A stretch of 64,000 nt of DNA, from positions 496,001 to 560,000 of the forward strand of contig OZ237739.1 in assembly GCA_965178125.1 (NCBI GenBank), given 5' to 3'. Position numbers and translations under genes: made by a program. Positions 41,208 through 53,400 of this stretch are shown one piece after another. Within the stretch, counting starts at the first letter, position 1, and every line of letters begins with the position of its first letter. A model generated the notes under the pieces. The model was not told the origin of the DNA, made no database searches, and worked only from the letters and a program-made list of their open reading frames with translations. Source of the stretch: Bilabrum cf. latius. Lineage: Eukaryota.

Positions 41208-42248
41208 TCAGCACGATCGGCTGATGGGAACGTTCAAGTAGTGCAGGTGATCGCTGACCGAAGTGGGGAAATCCAGCGAATCGCTGCAGGATGAGTCCTC
41301 CCCCGACCCGTCGCAGACCTTGTACGAGCTAGAGTCCTCCGTGTACCACACCTCCTGCGACGTGTGGTGGAAGCCCACCAGCTCCGGGGGCAGGTGCGGC
41401 ACGATATCGGCGTAGTGTACCACCCTGTACCACGTCCCCAGGGGCACCCGCTCCTAGAACGTGCTCGCATACGTCGAATCGCCGTCCCGCGGCTGCCCGA
41501 ACGAGTACCCGCTGACAGAGTACCCCAGGGCCTGCAGGTCGAAGGCGCACAAACCGGCCATCGCGGCCCCGAGGGAGTGCCCAGTAATATACACCGTGGA
41601 GCCGGGACCGAAGCCCATCGACTGCAGCGAAGCAAGCACGCCCCCTCGCAACAGGTCGTAGCTCTGCACGAAACCGTCGGCGACCTCGCAGCCGCTGCAG
41701 CCCTAGCGGGGGTACGGGACGTGCTTGATCGCCTTGATATCCTAGATCCTGCGGGGTGAGCTCAAGATACTAAAAAGGACTGAATCAACGGTGCACTGCG
41801 CCACACGCATGGGAAAGCTGCTTGGTCGCAAGGGGGCGGCTCACCAATTTTCGATGTTCGAAGTTCCCCTAAAGCTGACAATCGCCGCATTTTCGTTGCT
41901 GAGCTTTGCAGTAAATCCGCGAACGTCTTCCCCCGCATGGTAATGCACTCGTAAAGTAGAAACATCAACTGGAACGTGCTGGCAAGCCTCGCACGTCCAG
42001 TTCAGCAAGGTACTGTTGTCACAGTATGCAGCCGCAGACAAATACACGAACTAGAGCGCAGTGTTGGGGTCATAGCTGGCGAGGGCTGCGAAACACGAGC
42101 CAAATGAAACGCAGTTAATGTGAGAACTGGTTGCAACTAGGTAGCAATACCGCACTTCAAGCGATGCAAGAAACAATGCTGCATGATTCTCACCCTACGT
42201 ACTAAGAATTACCGCAAGAGCACCGGCTAGTACCTGAGGCACCCGCAT
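41208..42248 (-). CDS. Secreted class 3 lipase (alpha/beta hydrolase); exons 42248-42194, 42085-41845, 41748-41208; 278 aa, 5 internal TAG
   Basis: Spliced product reads MRVPQVLAGALAVILST*ALASYDPNTAL*FVYLSAAAYC...VSFRGTSNIENWI*DI...ITGHSLGAAMA...YSFGQPRDG...RVVHYADIVPHLPP...DHLHYL. Ser-Asp-His motifs are intact and intron phases are consistent. Ends at TGA 41208-41210. Confidence 0.93.
41749..41844 (-). other. Spliceosomal intron 2 of lipase (96 nt, phase 2)
   Basis: Donor TG|GTGAGC and acceptor CCCCGCAG|G. Removing it restores NIENW-I*DI in frame. Confidence 0.9.
42086..42193 (-). other. Spliceosomal intron 1 of lipase (108 nt, phase 1)
   Basis: Donor G|GTGAGA and acceptor TTTCGCAG|CC. Removing it joins the signal peptide to the mature N-terminus in frame. 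Confidence 0.85.
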
Positions 42249-42575
42249 ACTTGACGTGTATTGGGCCCGAGAATGTTTCCCTTGTCCTAATATACCAGAT
42301 TCTGTTCGGAAGTACTCGTTACACTGTTGCAAGCGGTCGCAAAAGTTGCCTGATAGATGAAAAGTGCAGCGAGGGAGTGGTTGAGCACGCGTAATAATTT
42401 CAGCTAGAACAGCCAATGTTTCAACTAGTGCTCCACAGGCCGTGGCAACCAGGAGGCTCTCGCGCACTCCGTAGGTGGCTGGGCCCGCGAACCGGGACAT
42501 GACATGGCTCGGCTCACTCGGTCAACGCGCATGGGGCGCGGGGCCACACAGCCCCGCCCGTCTCCCACAGCTGAC

Positions 42576-44159
42576 TCACTCCTCCGACTCGAGAGCCTTC
42601 ACCCCAGGCAGCCGCTCCCTCAGGTAGTAGTTCAGCAGCAGCCCCCTGGGATCGAGCTCCCTGCGGATGGCCTCGAAGGACCCGATAGCAGAGGCCGGGT
42701 ACACCCTGGCCGTCTCCTGCGCCGTGGCATCGTTCCACTTGCCCCAGTGCCAGCGGCCCCCAAGCGGCTTGGCCAAAGAGGCGAGGGTGTCTGCGTACTG
42801 GTGGAACACGCTGAAGGGCCCGGTGCGGTTGGCCGTCCCCAGCGTGATCACAGAGACGACCCCGATGTCCTGGCCGTTCATTGGACTCAGCGCGACGTCG
42901 TCCGCCGCCACATATCGCATCCCGGTGAACAGGGCAAAGTCGGGCTCCCCCGGGGAGGGGTTCGCGGGGGGCTGCGGCAGCGAACCTTCGGCGAGGTTCA
43001 CCTGCTGGATGAGGCCATGCGCCTTGTCCACGGGCACGAAGTACTCCTCCTCCGTGTAGCGGATAGGGTCGTCGGCAGGGTGCGCCAGGGCCTTGAAGCT
43101 CCAGTCCACGCACACGGTGGAGGGACCCGAGGGGCGGGGCATCGCGCCGGGGCTGGCAGCTGCAGCTGCAGCGACGCCGATGCCCGAGGGGGGGTGTGCC
43201 CCGAATGGCGTCCTCAGGGCGGGCGGCTGCCTGCTGTCGCTCGCGAGCTGCCTGCCCGTGAGCCGCTCCATGTCCTCATGTGCGTGCCTGAGTGGGTCCA
43301 CGCCACGGACCACCAAACCAGCGGGTTCGGAAGGTGTGCCATCGTGCGATGCAGCTGCACCGGAGGGCCAACAAGGCACGATGGTGCTGTTGAGAGGTAC
43401 GGGCTCGCGGAGCAGCAGAGTGGCGTTCTGCGTGTGCGGGGTCCAGTACCACTACATGCGGTCGAATTGGTCGTAAATAGAAGGGATTGCGGGCATCAGG
43501 TCGCCCAGCAGGTACGGCGTGGCGGTCCGCCTGAGCTTGAAGGCCGGGACGGTCCGCACCGTGACGCGAACAACGACGCCCAGAGCACCAAGGCCCACCC
43601 TGGCTACCTTCAAAATGTCCGGTCGCTAATCTGCCTTCTCTGATACGTCCAATATCGTGCCATTGGCGAGGATAAGGCGCATGCCAACAATTGTCGTTGC
43701 CATCGAGCCGAGATGCTTGCCGGTGCCGTGGGTGCTTGTTTGCGTCGCGCCCGCGATGCTTTGCTGGGCAATGGCCCCCGTATTCGGCAGGGCCAGCTGC
43801 TTGGCGAGCAAAGCATTATTTAGTTCATATACCCTGATCCCAGCCTGCACGGTCACGTCTGCCCCTGGCTTGCCGTCGCCGCGAGCCGCAACACTCAGCA
43901 CGCTCTTCAGGGCATCAAGCTGTAGCATCACGCCCTCACTCAATGGAATGGCCGAAAAGCTATGTCCCGCCCCAACCGTTTTAATTGAAACCCCCATCTT
44001 GCTGGCGGAAGTCACCGCTTCGATGACTTCCTCCTCGCTCTTTGGGTGGACCAAACGCTGGGGCCAGCACTGCTAGCGCCCATCCCAATTCTGCCAATAG
44101 TCAGCAGACACGCACAACAGCGAAATCGACGCCAATAGCACGAATGATAGGACTCTCAT
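42576..44159 (-). CDS. FAD-linked aldonolactone oxidase family protein (L-gulonolactone/D-arabinono-1,4-lactone oxidase-like) with signal peptide; 527 aa, 3 internal TAG
   Basis: Motifs WQNWDGR*QCWP...P.SEEEV, VGAGHSFS (flavin-linking His motif), QSIAGATQTSTHGTG, GLGALGVV, GGRWHWGK and RRELDPRG. Single frame with TAG at 44073, 43626 and 43452. Ends at TGA 42576-42578. Confidence 0.92.
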
Positions 44160-44471
44160 GCCTCTGCGCAGGCAGACTTTGCTCGATCTGTTTTGCGGTT
44201 CGCAGCGGTAAATAAGGAACCGACTGGAACGTTCGCCTTCAGTTTCGCAGCCAGCCGAACTGCAGCCTTCAGAACTCTTCACTGCTGCCCGATTAAACAA
44301 AAATCATAAGATTCAACTGATTTTTTGTGGCTTATCTTGCTAGAACCAAAACTGCTGCTTGTATACGCCACTCATAGCACGCTATCGGCAGCCAAGCATA
44401 GCGACCAAACCGACGCACAGCCAAGCATTGCGACCTCGCGAGGCCAAGACCAACGACAAGGCGGATCCGCG
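44160..44471. promoter_or_regulatory. Probable bidirectional promoter region (312 bp)
   Basis: Short spacer between divergent start codons (44159 minus, 44472 plus) with an AT-richer core at about 44292-44345. No specific motif identified. Confidence 0.4.
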
Positions 44472-47400
44472 ATGGAATTGGGTGATTACACACTCTCACA
44501 GTAGAATGGAACGCATAATGGCACTGTAGCACCGTTTTTCTTGCGGCCGTGGGAGGGGCTGGCGGTCTGGGTGTGGCTGGTCTTGCTTGCAGTAGCCACT
44601 ATCGGATGCATCATTGGGTGTGTGTGCTGCAGCTACTGGTTGTGCGGTGCTAATCACCAGAGGGCAAAGTCGGATACGCCAGGCAGTGAAGACCACGATG
44701 CTCTTGTGCCTCTGCTTGCTGGCAACCCCTAGCAGACCGATGAATTACCACCAGCGACAGATCCTTACGACGGAAGCGCTATGCAAGCATCAGACGATGC
44801 AAGTTGGAAGAGTTCACTTGTGGAGCGTGTCAGGCCGGTACCAAAACGCCCTGCCGTGCGGTACGCAGACCAAGCAGCGAACCTGCCGGCCGATCGGCGC
44901 TGTGTGTCTGCGACCAGTTCAAGATCCGAGGGCTCGGTGCATAAAGTGGATGAAGAATCAGACTATCTGCTAGACACTGCGGTCACTGAGTAGCGCATTC
45001 CCCCGACCAGAGCCTCACGATCCAAAGCGCCCGACTCCGTGCGCGGGGCGGTAGAGCACACTACAACCGCGACGGATGAGCACTGGCCTGTTTCGGATGC
45101 CTCGCAGGCGGGCAGCACGGGCGTGCCTGTGGCCATACCACCCAGAGACCCAGCGGAGGTCGCTATCCCGAGCTCCTCGCCTAATGCGAAGCCTCGCTCC
45201 ACGAGCTCTCGCGCGGGGGGCTCCATCGGTGGCAGTTTGCCTGGCCGACGTGGCCTCGTAACTGCTCCAAGCGCGTTCAGGTACCGGGATCCGTGCGAGT
45301 CGGTCAGTCCAGAGAACAGCTCGCTAAATGGTACGAATCAGTAGACACCACACTCAAACGATTCAAGGCGGCATGGTTCCGCCACTCAGTCAAGGCATAG
45401 CATGGAGGCTGCCGGACCGGCAACCGAACCAGCACAAGAACCACATTCCGAGCCAATCAGCCAGACGCACGACATGCTAGCCCCAGACACTCGCCAAGCT
45501 CTCGTACCAACAAATGGCGCCGCAAAAACAACAGGAAACATACAACGAAGACCCGACGACAACCGTGGCAGTGTGGCTGAGCCGGACAGGGATGGCGGGG
45601 AGGCGGCCACAGCTGACGCTGGCACTGGCACTGGCAGTGGCAGTGGGTCTGTGACTGGCCCCGAGGGCGAGGATGGCGGTGTGGCTGAGCCGGACAGGGA
45701 TGGCGGGGAGGCGGCCACAGCTGACGCTGCCACTGGCACTGGCAGTGGCAGTGGGTCTGTGACTGGCCCCGAGGGCGAGGATGGCGGTGTGGCTGAGCCG
45801 GACAGGGATGGCGGGGAGGCGGCCACAGCTGACGCTGGCACTGGCACTGGCAGTGGCAGTGGGTCTGTGACTGGCCCCGAGGGCGAGGATGGCGGTGTGG
45901 CTGAGCCGGACAGGGATGGTGGGGAGGCGGCCACAGCTGACGCTGGCGCTGGCACTGGCACTGGCAGCGGGTCTGTGACTGGCCCCGAGGGCGAGGATGG
46001 CGGTGTGGCTGAGCCGGACAGGGATGGCGGGGAGGCGGCCACAGCTGACGCTGGCACTGCCACTGGCACTGGCAGTGGCAGTGGCAGTGGGTCTGTGACT
46101 GGCCCCGAGGGCGAGGATGGCGGTGTGGCTGAGCCAGACAGGGATGGCGGGGAGGCGGCCACAGCTGACGCTGGCAGTGGCAGTGGGTCTGTGACTGGCC
46201 CCGAGGGCGAGGATGGCGGTGTGGCTGAGCCAGACAGGGATGGTGGGGAGGCGGCCACAGCTGACGCTGCCACTGGCACTGGCACTGGCAGTGGGTCTGT
46301 GACTGGCCCCGAGGGCGAGGATGGCGGTGTGGCTGAGCCGGACAGGGATGGCGGGGAGGCGGCCACAGCTGACGCTGGCGCTGGCACTGGCACTGGCAGT
46401 GGGTCTGTGACTGGCCCCGAGGGCGAGGATGGCGGTGTGGCTGAGCCGGACAGGGATGGCGGGGAGGCGGCCACAGCTGACGCTGGCACTGGCACTGGCA
46501 GTGGCAGTGGGTCTGTGACTAGCCCCGAGGGCGAGGATGGCGGTGTGGCTGAGCCGGACAGGGATGGCGGGGAGGCGGCCACAGCTGACGCTGCCACTGG
46601 CACTGGCAGCGGCAGTGGGTCTGTGACTGGCCCCGAGGGCGAGGATGGCGGTGTGGCTGAGCCGGACAGGGATGGCGGGGAGGCGGCCACAGCTGACGCT
46701 GCCACTGCCACTGGCAGTGGCAGCGGCAGTGGGTCTGTGACTGGCCCCGAGGGCGAGGATGGCGGTGTGGCTGAGCCGGACAGGGATGGCGGGGAGGCGG
46801 CCACAGCTGACGCTGGCGCTGGCACTGGCAGTGGCAGTGGCAGTGGGTCTGTGACTGGCCCCGAGGGCGAGGATGGCGGTGTGGCTGAGCCGGACAGGGA
46901 TGGCGGGGAGGCGGCCACAGCTGACGCTGGCACTGCCACTGGCACTGGCAGTGGGTCTGTGACTGGCCCCGAGGGCGAGGATGGCGGTGTGGCTGAGCCG
47001 GACAGGGATGGCGGGGAGGCGGCCACAGCTGACGCTGCCACTGGCACTGGCAGCGGCAGTGGGTCTGTGACTGGCCCCGAGGGCGAGGATGGCGGTGTGG
47101 CTGAGCCGGACAGGGATGGCGGGGAGGCGGCCACAGCTGACGCTGCCACTGCCACTGGCAGTGGCAGCGGCAGTGGGTCTGTGACTGGCCCCGAGGGCGA
47201 GGATGGCGGTGTGGCTGAGCCGGACAGGGATGGCGGGGAGGCGGCCACAGCTGACGCTGGCACTGGCAGTGGCTCTGGCAGTGGGTCTGTGACTGGCCCC
47301 GAGGGCGAGGATGGCGGTGTGGCTGAGCCGGACAGGGATGGCGGGGAGGCGGCCACAGCTGACGCTGGCACTGGCACTGGCACTGGCAGTGGGTCTGTGA

Positions 47401-50400
47401 CTGGCCCCGAGGGCGAGGATAGCGGTGTGGCTGAGCCGGACAGGGATGGCGGGGAGGCGGCCACAGCTGACGCTGGCACTGCCACTGGCACTGGCAGCGG
47501 CAGTGGGTCTGTGACTGGCCCCGAGGGCGAGGATGGCGGTGTGGCTGAGCCGGACAGGGATGGCGGGGAGGCGGCCACAGCTGACGCTGCCACTGGCACT
47601 GGCACTGGCAGTGGCAGTGGGTCTGTGACTGGCCCCGAGGGCGAGGATGGCGGTGTGGCTGAGCCGGACAGGGATGGCGGGGAGGCGGCCACAGCTGACG
47701 CTGGCACTGGCAGTGGCAGTGGCAGCGGCAGTGGGTCTGTGACTGGCCCCGAGGGCGAGGATGGCGGTGTGGCTGAGCCGGACAGGGATGGCGGGGAGGC
47801 GGCCACAGCTGACGCTGGCACTGGCACTGGCAGTGGCAGTGGCAGTGGGTCTGTGACTGGCCCCGAGGGCGAGGATGGCGGTGTGGCTGAGCCGGACAGG
47901 GATGGCGGGGAGGCGGCCACAGCTGACGCTGCCACTGGCACTGGCACTGGCACTGGCAGTGGGTCTGTGACTGGCCCCGAGGGCGAGGATGGCGGTGTGG
48001 CTGAGCCGGACAGGGATGGCGGGGAGGCGGCCACAGCTGACGCTGGCACTGCCACTGGCACTGGCAGTGGGTCTGTGACTGGCCCCGAGGGCGAGGATGG
48101 CGGTGTGGCTGAGCCGGACAGGGATAGCGGGGAGGCGGCCACAGCTGACGCTGGCGCTGGCAGTGGGTCTGTGACTGGCCCCGAGGGCGAGGATGGCGGT
48201 GTGGCTGAGCCGGACAGGGATGGCGGGGAGGCGGCCACAGCTGACGCTGCCACTGGCAGTGGCAGTGGCAGTGGGTCTGTGACTGGCCCCGAGGGCGAGG
48301 ATGGCGGTGTGGCTGAGCCGGACAGGGATGGCGGGGAGGCGGCCACAGCTGACGCTGCCACTGGCAGTGGCAGTGGCAGTGGGTCTGTGACTGGCCCCGA
48401 GGGCGAGGATGGCGGTGTGGCTGAGCCGGACAGGGATGGCGGGGAGGCGGCCACAGCTGACGCTGGCACTGGCACTGGCAGTGGCAGTGGGTCTGTGACT
48501 GGCCCCGAGGGCGAGGATGGCGGTGTGGCTGAGCCGGACAGGGATGGCGGGGAGGCGGCCACAGCTGACGCTGCCACTGGCACTGGCACTGGCAGTGGCA
48601 GTGGGTCTGTGACTGGCCCCGAGGGCGAGGATGGCGGTGTGGCTGAGCCGGACAGGGATGGCGGGGAGGCGGCCACAGCTGACGCTGGCGCTGGCAGTGG
48701 CACTGGCACTGGCAGCGGCAGTGGCAGTGGGTCTGTGACTGGCCCCGAGGGCGAGGATGGCGGTGTGGCTGAGCCGGACAGGGATGGCGGGGAGGCGGCC
48801 ACAGCTGACGCTGCCACTGGCACTGGCACTGGCACTGGCACTGGCAGCGGGTCTGTGACTGGCCCCGAGGGCGAGGATGGCGGTGTGGCTGAGCCAGACA
48901 GGGATGGCGGGGAGGCGGCCACAGCTGACGCTGGCGCTGGCAGTGGCACTGGCACTGGCAGCGGCAGTGGCAGTGGGTCTGTGACTGGCCCCGAGGGCGA
49001 GGATGGCGGTGTGGCTGAGCTGGACAGGGATGGCGGGGAGGCGGCCACAGCTGACGCTGGCAGTGGCAGTGGCAGTGGCAGTGGCAGTGGCAGTGGGTCT
49101 GTGACTGGCCCCGAGGGCGAGGATGGCGGTGTGGCTGAGCCGGACAGGGATGGCGGGGAGGCGGCCACAGCTGACGCTGCCACTGGCACTGGCAGTGGCA
49201 GTGGGTCTGTGACTGGCCCCGAGGGCGAGGATGGCGGTGTGGCTGAGCCGGACAGGGATGGCGGGGAGGCGGCCACAGCTGACGCTGGCACTGGCAGTGG
49301 CAGTGGCAGTGGCAGTGGGTCTGTGACTGGCCCCGAGGGCGAGGATGGCGGTGTGGCTGAGCCGGACAGGGATGGCGGGGAGGCGGCCACAGCTGACGCT
49401 GCCACTGGCAGTGGCAGTGGCAGTGGGTCTGTGACTGGCCCCGAGGGCGAGGATGGCGGTGTGGCTGAGCCGGACAGGGATGGCGGGGAGGCGGCCACAG
49501 CTGACGCTGGCGCTGGCAGTGGCACTGGCACTGGCAGCGGCAGTGGCAGTGGGTCTGTGACTGGCCCCGAGGGCGAGGATGGCGGTGTGGCTGAGCCGGA
49601 CAGGGATGGCGGGGAGGCGGCCACAGCTGACGCTGCCACTGGCAGTGGCAGTGGCAGTGGGTCTGTGACTGGCCCCGAGGGCGAGGATGGCGGTGTGGCT
49701 GAGCCGGACAGGGATGGCGGGGAGGCGGCCACAGCTGACGCTGGCACTGGCAGTGGCAGTGGCAGTGGGTCTGTGACTGGCCCCGAGGGCGAGGATGGCG
49801 GTGTGGCTGAGCCGGACAGGGATGGCGGGGAGGCGGCCACAGCTGACGCTGCCACTGGCACTGGCACTGGCAGTGGCAGTGGGTCTGTGACTGGCCCCGA
49901 GGGCGAGGATGGCGGTGTGGCTGAGCCGGACAGGGATGGCGGGGAGGCGGCCACAGCTGACGCTGGCGCTGGCAGTGGCACTGGCACTGGCAGCGGCAGT
50001 GGCAGTGGGTCTGTGACTGGCCCCGAGGGCGAGGATGGCGGTGTGGCTGAGCTGGACAGGGATGGCGGGGAGGCGGCCACAGCTGACGCTGGCAGTGGCA
50101 GTGGCAGTGGCAGTGGCAGTGGGTCTGTGACTGGCCCCGAGGGCGAGGATGGCGGTGTGGCTGAGCCGGACAGGGATGGCGGGGAGGCGGCCACAGCTGA
50201 CGCTGGCACTGGCACTGGCAGTGGCAGTGGGTCTGTGACTGGCCCCGAGGGCGAGGATGGCGGTGTGGCTGAGCCGGACAGGGATGGCGGGGAGGCGGCC
50301 ACAGCTGACGCTGCCACTGGCGCTGGCAGTGGCAGTGGCAGTGGGTCTGTGACTGGCCCCGAGGGCGAGGATGGCGGTGTGGCTGAGCCGGACAGGGATG

Positions 50401-53400
50401 GCGGGGAGGCGGCCACAGCTGACGCTGCCACTGACGCTGGCGCTGGCAGTGGCAGTGGCAGTGGGTCTGTGACTGGCCCCGAGGGCGAGGATGGCGGTGT
50501 GGCTGAGCCGGACAGGGATGGCGGGGAGGCGGCCACAGCTGACGCTGGCAGTGGCACTGGCACTGGCAGCGGCAGTGGCAGTGGGTCTGTGACTGGCCCC
50601 GAGGGCGAGGATGGCGGTGTGGCTGAGCCGGACAGGGATGGCGGGGAGGCGGCCACAGCTGACGCTGCCACTGGCACTGGCAGTGGCAGTGGGTCTGTGA
50701 CTGGCCCCGAGGGCGAGGATGGCGGTGTGGCTGAGCCGGACAGGGATGGCGGGGAGGCGGCCACAGCTGACGCTGCCACTGGCAGTGGCTCTGGCAGTGG
50801 CAGTGGGTCTGTGACTGGCCCCGAGGGCGAGGATGGCGGTGTGGCTGAGCCGGACAGGGATGGCGGGGAGGCGGCCACAGCTGACGCTGCCACTGGCAGT
50901 GGCAGTGGCAGTGGGTCTGTGACTGGCCCCGAGGGCGAGGATGGCGGTGTGGCTGAGCCGGACAGGGATGGCGGGGAGGCGGCCACAGCTGACGCTGGCA
51001 CTGGCAGTGGGTCTGTGACTGGCCCCGAGGGCGAGGATGGCGGTGTGGCTGAGCCGGACAGGGATGGCGGGGAGGCGGCCACAGCTGACGCTGGCGCTGG
51101 CACTGGCAGTGGCAGCGGCAGTGGGTCTGTGACTGGCCCCGAGGGCGAGGATGGCGGTGTGGCTGAGCCGGACAGGGATGGCGGGGAGGCGGCCACAGCT
51201 GACGCTGCCACTGGCAGTGGCAGTGGCAGTGGGTCTGTGACTGGCCCCGAGGGCGAGGATGGCGGTGTGGCTGAGCCGGACAGGGATGGCGGGGAGGCGG
51301 CCACAGCTGACGCTGGCACTGCCACTGGCAGTGGCAGTGGCAGTGGGTCTGTGACTGGCCCCGAGGGCGAGGATGGCGGTGTGGCTGAGCCGGACAGGGA
51401 TGGCGGGGAGGCGGCCACAGCTGACGCTGGCGCTGGCACTGGCAGTGGCAGCGGCAGTGGGTCTGTGACTGGCCCCGAGGGCGAGGATGGCGGTGTGGCT
51501 GAGCCGGACAGGGATGGCGGGGAGGCGGCCACAGCTGACGCTGCCACTGGCAGTGGCAGTGGCAGTGGGTCTGTGACTGGCCCCGAGGGCGAGGATGGCG
51601 GTGTGGCTGAGCCGGACAGGGATGGCGGGGAGGCGGCCACAGCTGACGCTGGCACTGCCACTGGCAGTGGCAGTGGCAGTGGGTCTGTGACTGGCCCCGA
51701 GGGCGAGGATGGCGGTGTGGCTGAGCCGGACAGGGATGGCGGGGAGGCGGCCACAGCTGACGCTGCCACTGCCACTGGCAGTGGCAGTGGCAGTGGGTCT
51801 GTGACTGGCCCCGAGGGCGAGGATGGCGGTGTGGCTGAGCCGGACAGGGATGGCGGGGAGGCGGCCACAGCTGACGCTGCCACTGGCACTGGCAGTGGCA
51901 GTGGGTCTGTGACTGGCCCCGAGGGCGAGGATGGCGGTGTGGCTGAGCCGGACAGGGATGGCGGGGAGGCGGCCACAGCTGACGCTGCCACTGGCAGTGG
52001 CAGTGGCAGTGGGTCTGTGACTGGCCCCGAGGGCGAGGATGGCGGTGTGGCTGAGCCGGACAGGGATGGCGGGGAGGCGGCCACAGCTGACGCTGGCACT
52101 GGCAGTGGCACTGGCACTGGCAGCGGCAGTGGGTCTGTGACTGGCCCCGAGGGCGAGGATGGCGGTGTGGCTGAGCCGGACAGGGATGGCGGGGATGCGG
52201 CCACAGCTGACGCTGGCACTGGCACTGGCAGTGGCAGTGGGTCTGTGACTGGCCCCGAGGGCGAGGATGGCGGTGTGGCTGAGCCGGACAGGGATGGCAG
52301 TGTGGCTAGTAATGTGGATGCTAGCCGCGGAAGGGTGCGATAGCTGCCGATGCTGTCCCTATAGACTGGGTCTGTATCGAATGCGCCAAATTTGCCAAGA
52401 GTTGGTGTAAATGTCAGCGGGACTTCTACTCGAGGCGAAGATCCTGATGAGATCGCTACAAGGCGGCACAGGCGAGTGAAATCAACCATGCTTCGAGGAT
52501 TCGTGCAAGCATATGGCCGGTCCGTAGGAAGTTTGGCAGCCAAGCCAAAGCGGAAGCCGTTGCCGTAGTTGGCAATTGGTACTGAAGATCCGGATGCAGA
52601 GATGACACCTTAGGCCCCGTCGGTCCCTCGAAGGCTGTCTCTGTCCGGAGGCACTGCTGCTTCCGGTGCAGCCCCTAGGGATGTGTCGAGCGGTGCAGAC
52701 CCCGTCGATAGTGGTGCAGGTGTCGATTCGGAGGATGACGAAATGGTAATGCCGTCAAAAGACGACGTGTTTTTCGCTCTGTTCCACCACTACGCAGCTA
52801 CTGGGGACCCAACCCACACGAATACGATGAACAATCAACAGTTCAGGAACTTTACTCTGGATGCAGGTATCAGCTCACTTAGTGTCAAGCATGGATCTAG
52901 CAAACGAATGCATGCTAGGGACGCCGATGGTGAGGCGGACTCAGAAGTGCCGGCTTCGGCCCAGAGAACCCGGCGGTCGTCGCTGTCATCGCAAGCAAGC
53001 TCAGGCCCGGACGCCTCGCTGGCTCGGCGGTCCCAAGGGACTAGATCCAGGCGGTCCTCTATCGGCAGGTCGTCAAGTGCACAGTAGAGTACTGGAGGCA
53101 GCGGAAGGCCGCGGGTGCGCCGAGTGCTCGCTGCAGAGCTCGACATTTTATTCCAAACCGCTGCCAAGCGGAAGGCAGGAGCTGGCACCATCAGGCTACT
53201 TCAAGGAGGGGAAGGCGCTGCTTCTCGCAGTGGGCTCATTTCGCAAGGACAGTTCGCAAAAAAGGGTTCCTCTAGGAATTTAAGCGTAGAGCAGTTCGTA
53301 TCGTGCTTGAGGAAGCTCGCGATCAAGCTGTATCCGCAGCTGAAGCCCACGTCAAGAGCCATGGATCGAATGTACGACGACCTGCTCCTACCACTGGCCT

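Noticed and set aside
39936-44075. UAG as pyrrolysine, Leu, Tyr, Glu, or Trp via A-to-I editing
   Set aside because: The diagnostic conserved positions in GH27 and the oxidase are Gln, and a CAG/TAG swap is seen between repeat copies. Pyrrolysine is not known in eukaryotes. The single GAG/TAG swap fits a conservative substitution.
45573-52298. CRISPR-like array (constant repeats with variable spacers)
   Set aside because: The spacers are hexamer microsatellites, the array is in-frame coding, no cas genes are present, and the context is eukaryotic.
45386-52543. Minus-strand 2,385-aa Pro/Ser/Ala-rich extensin-like ORF
   Set aside because: It has no ATG start or signal peptide and barely extends past the repeat, while the plus frame joins in frame to a TM segment and a folded C-terminal domain.
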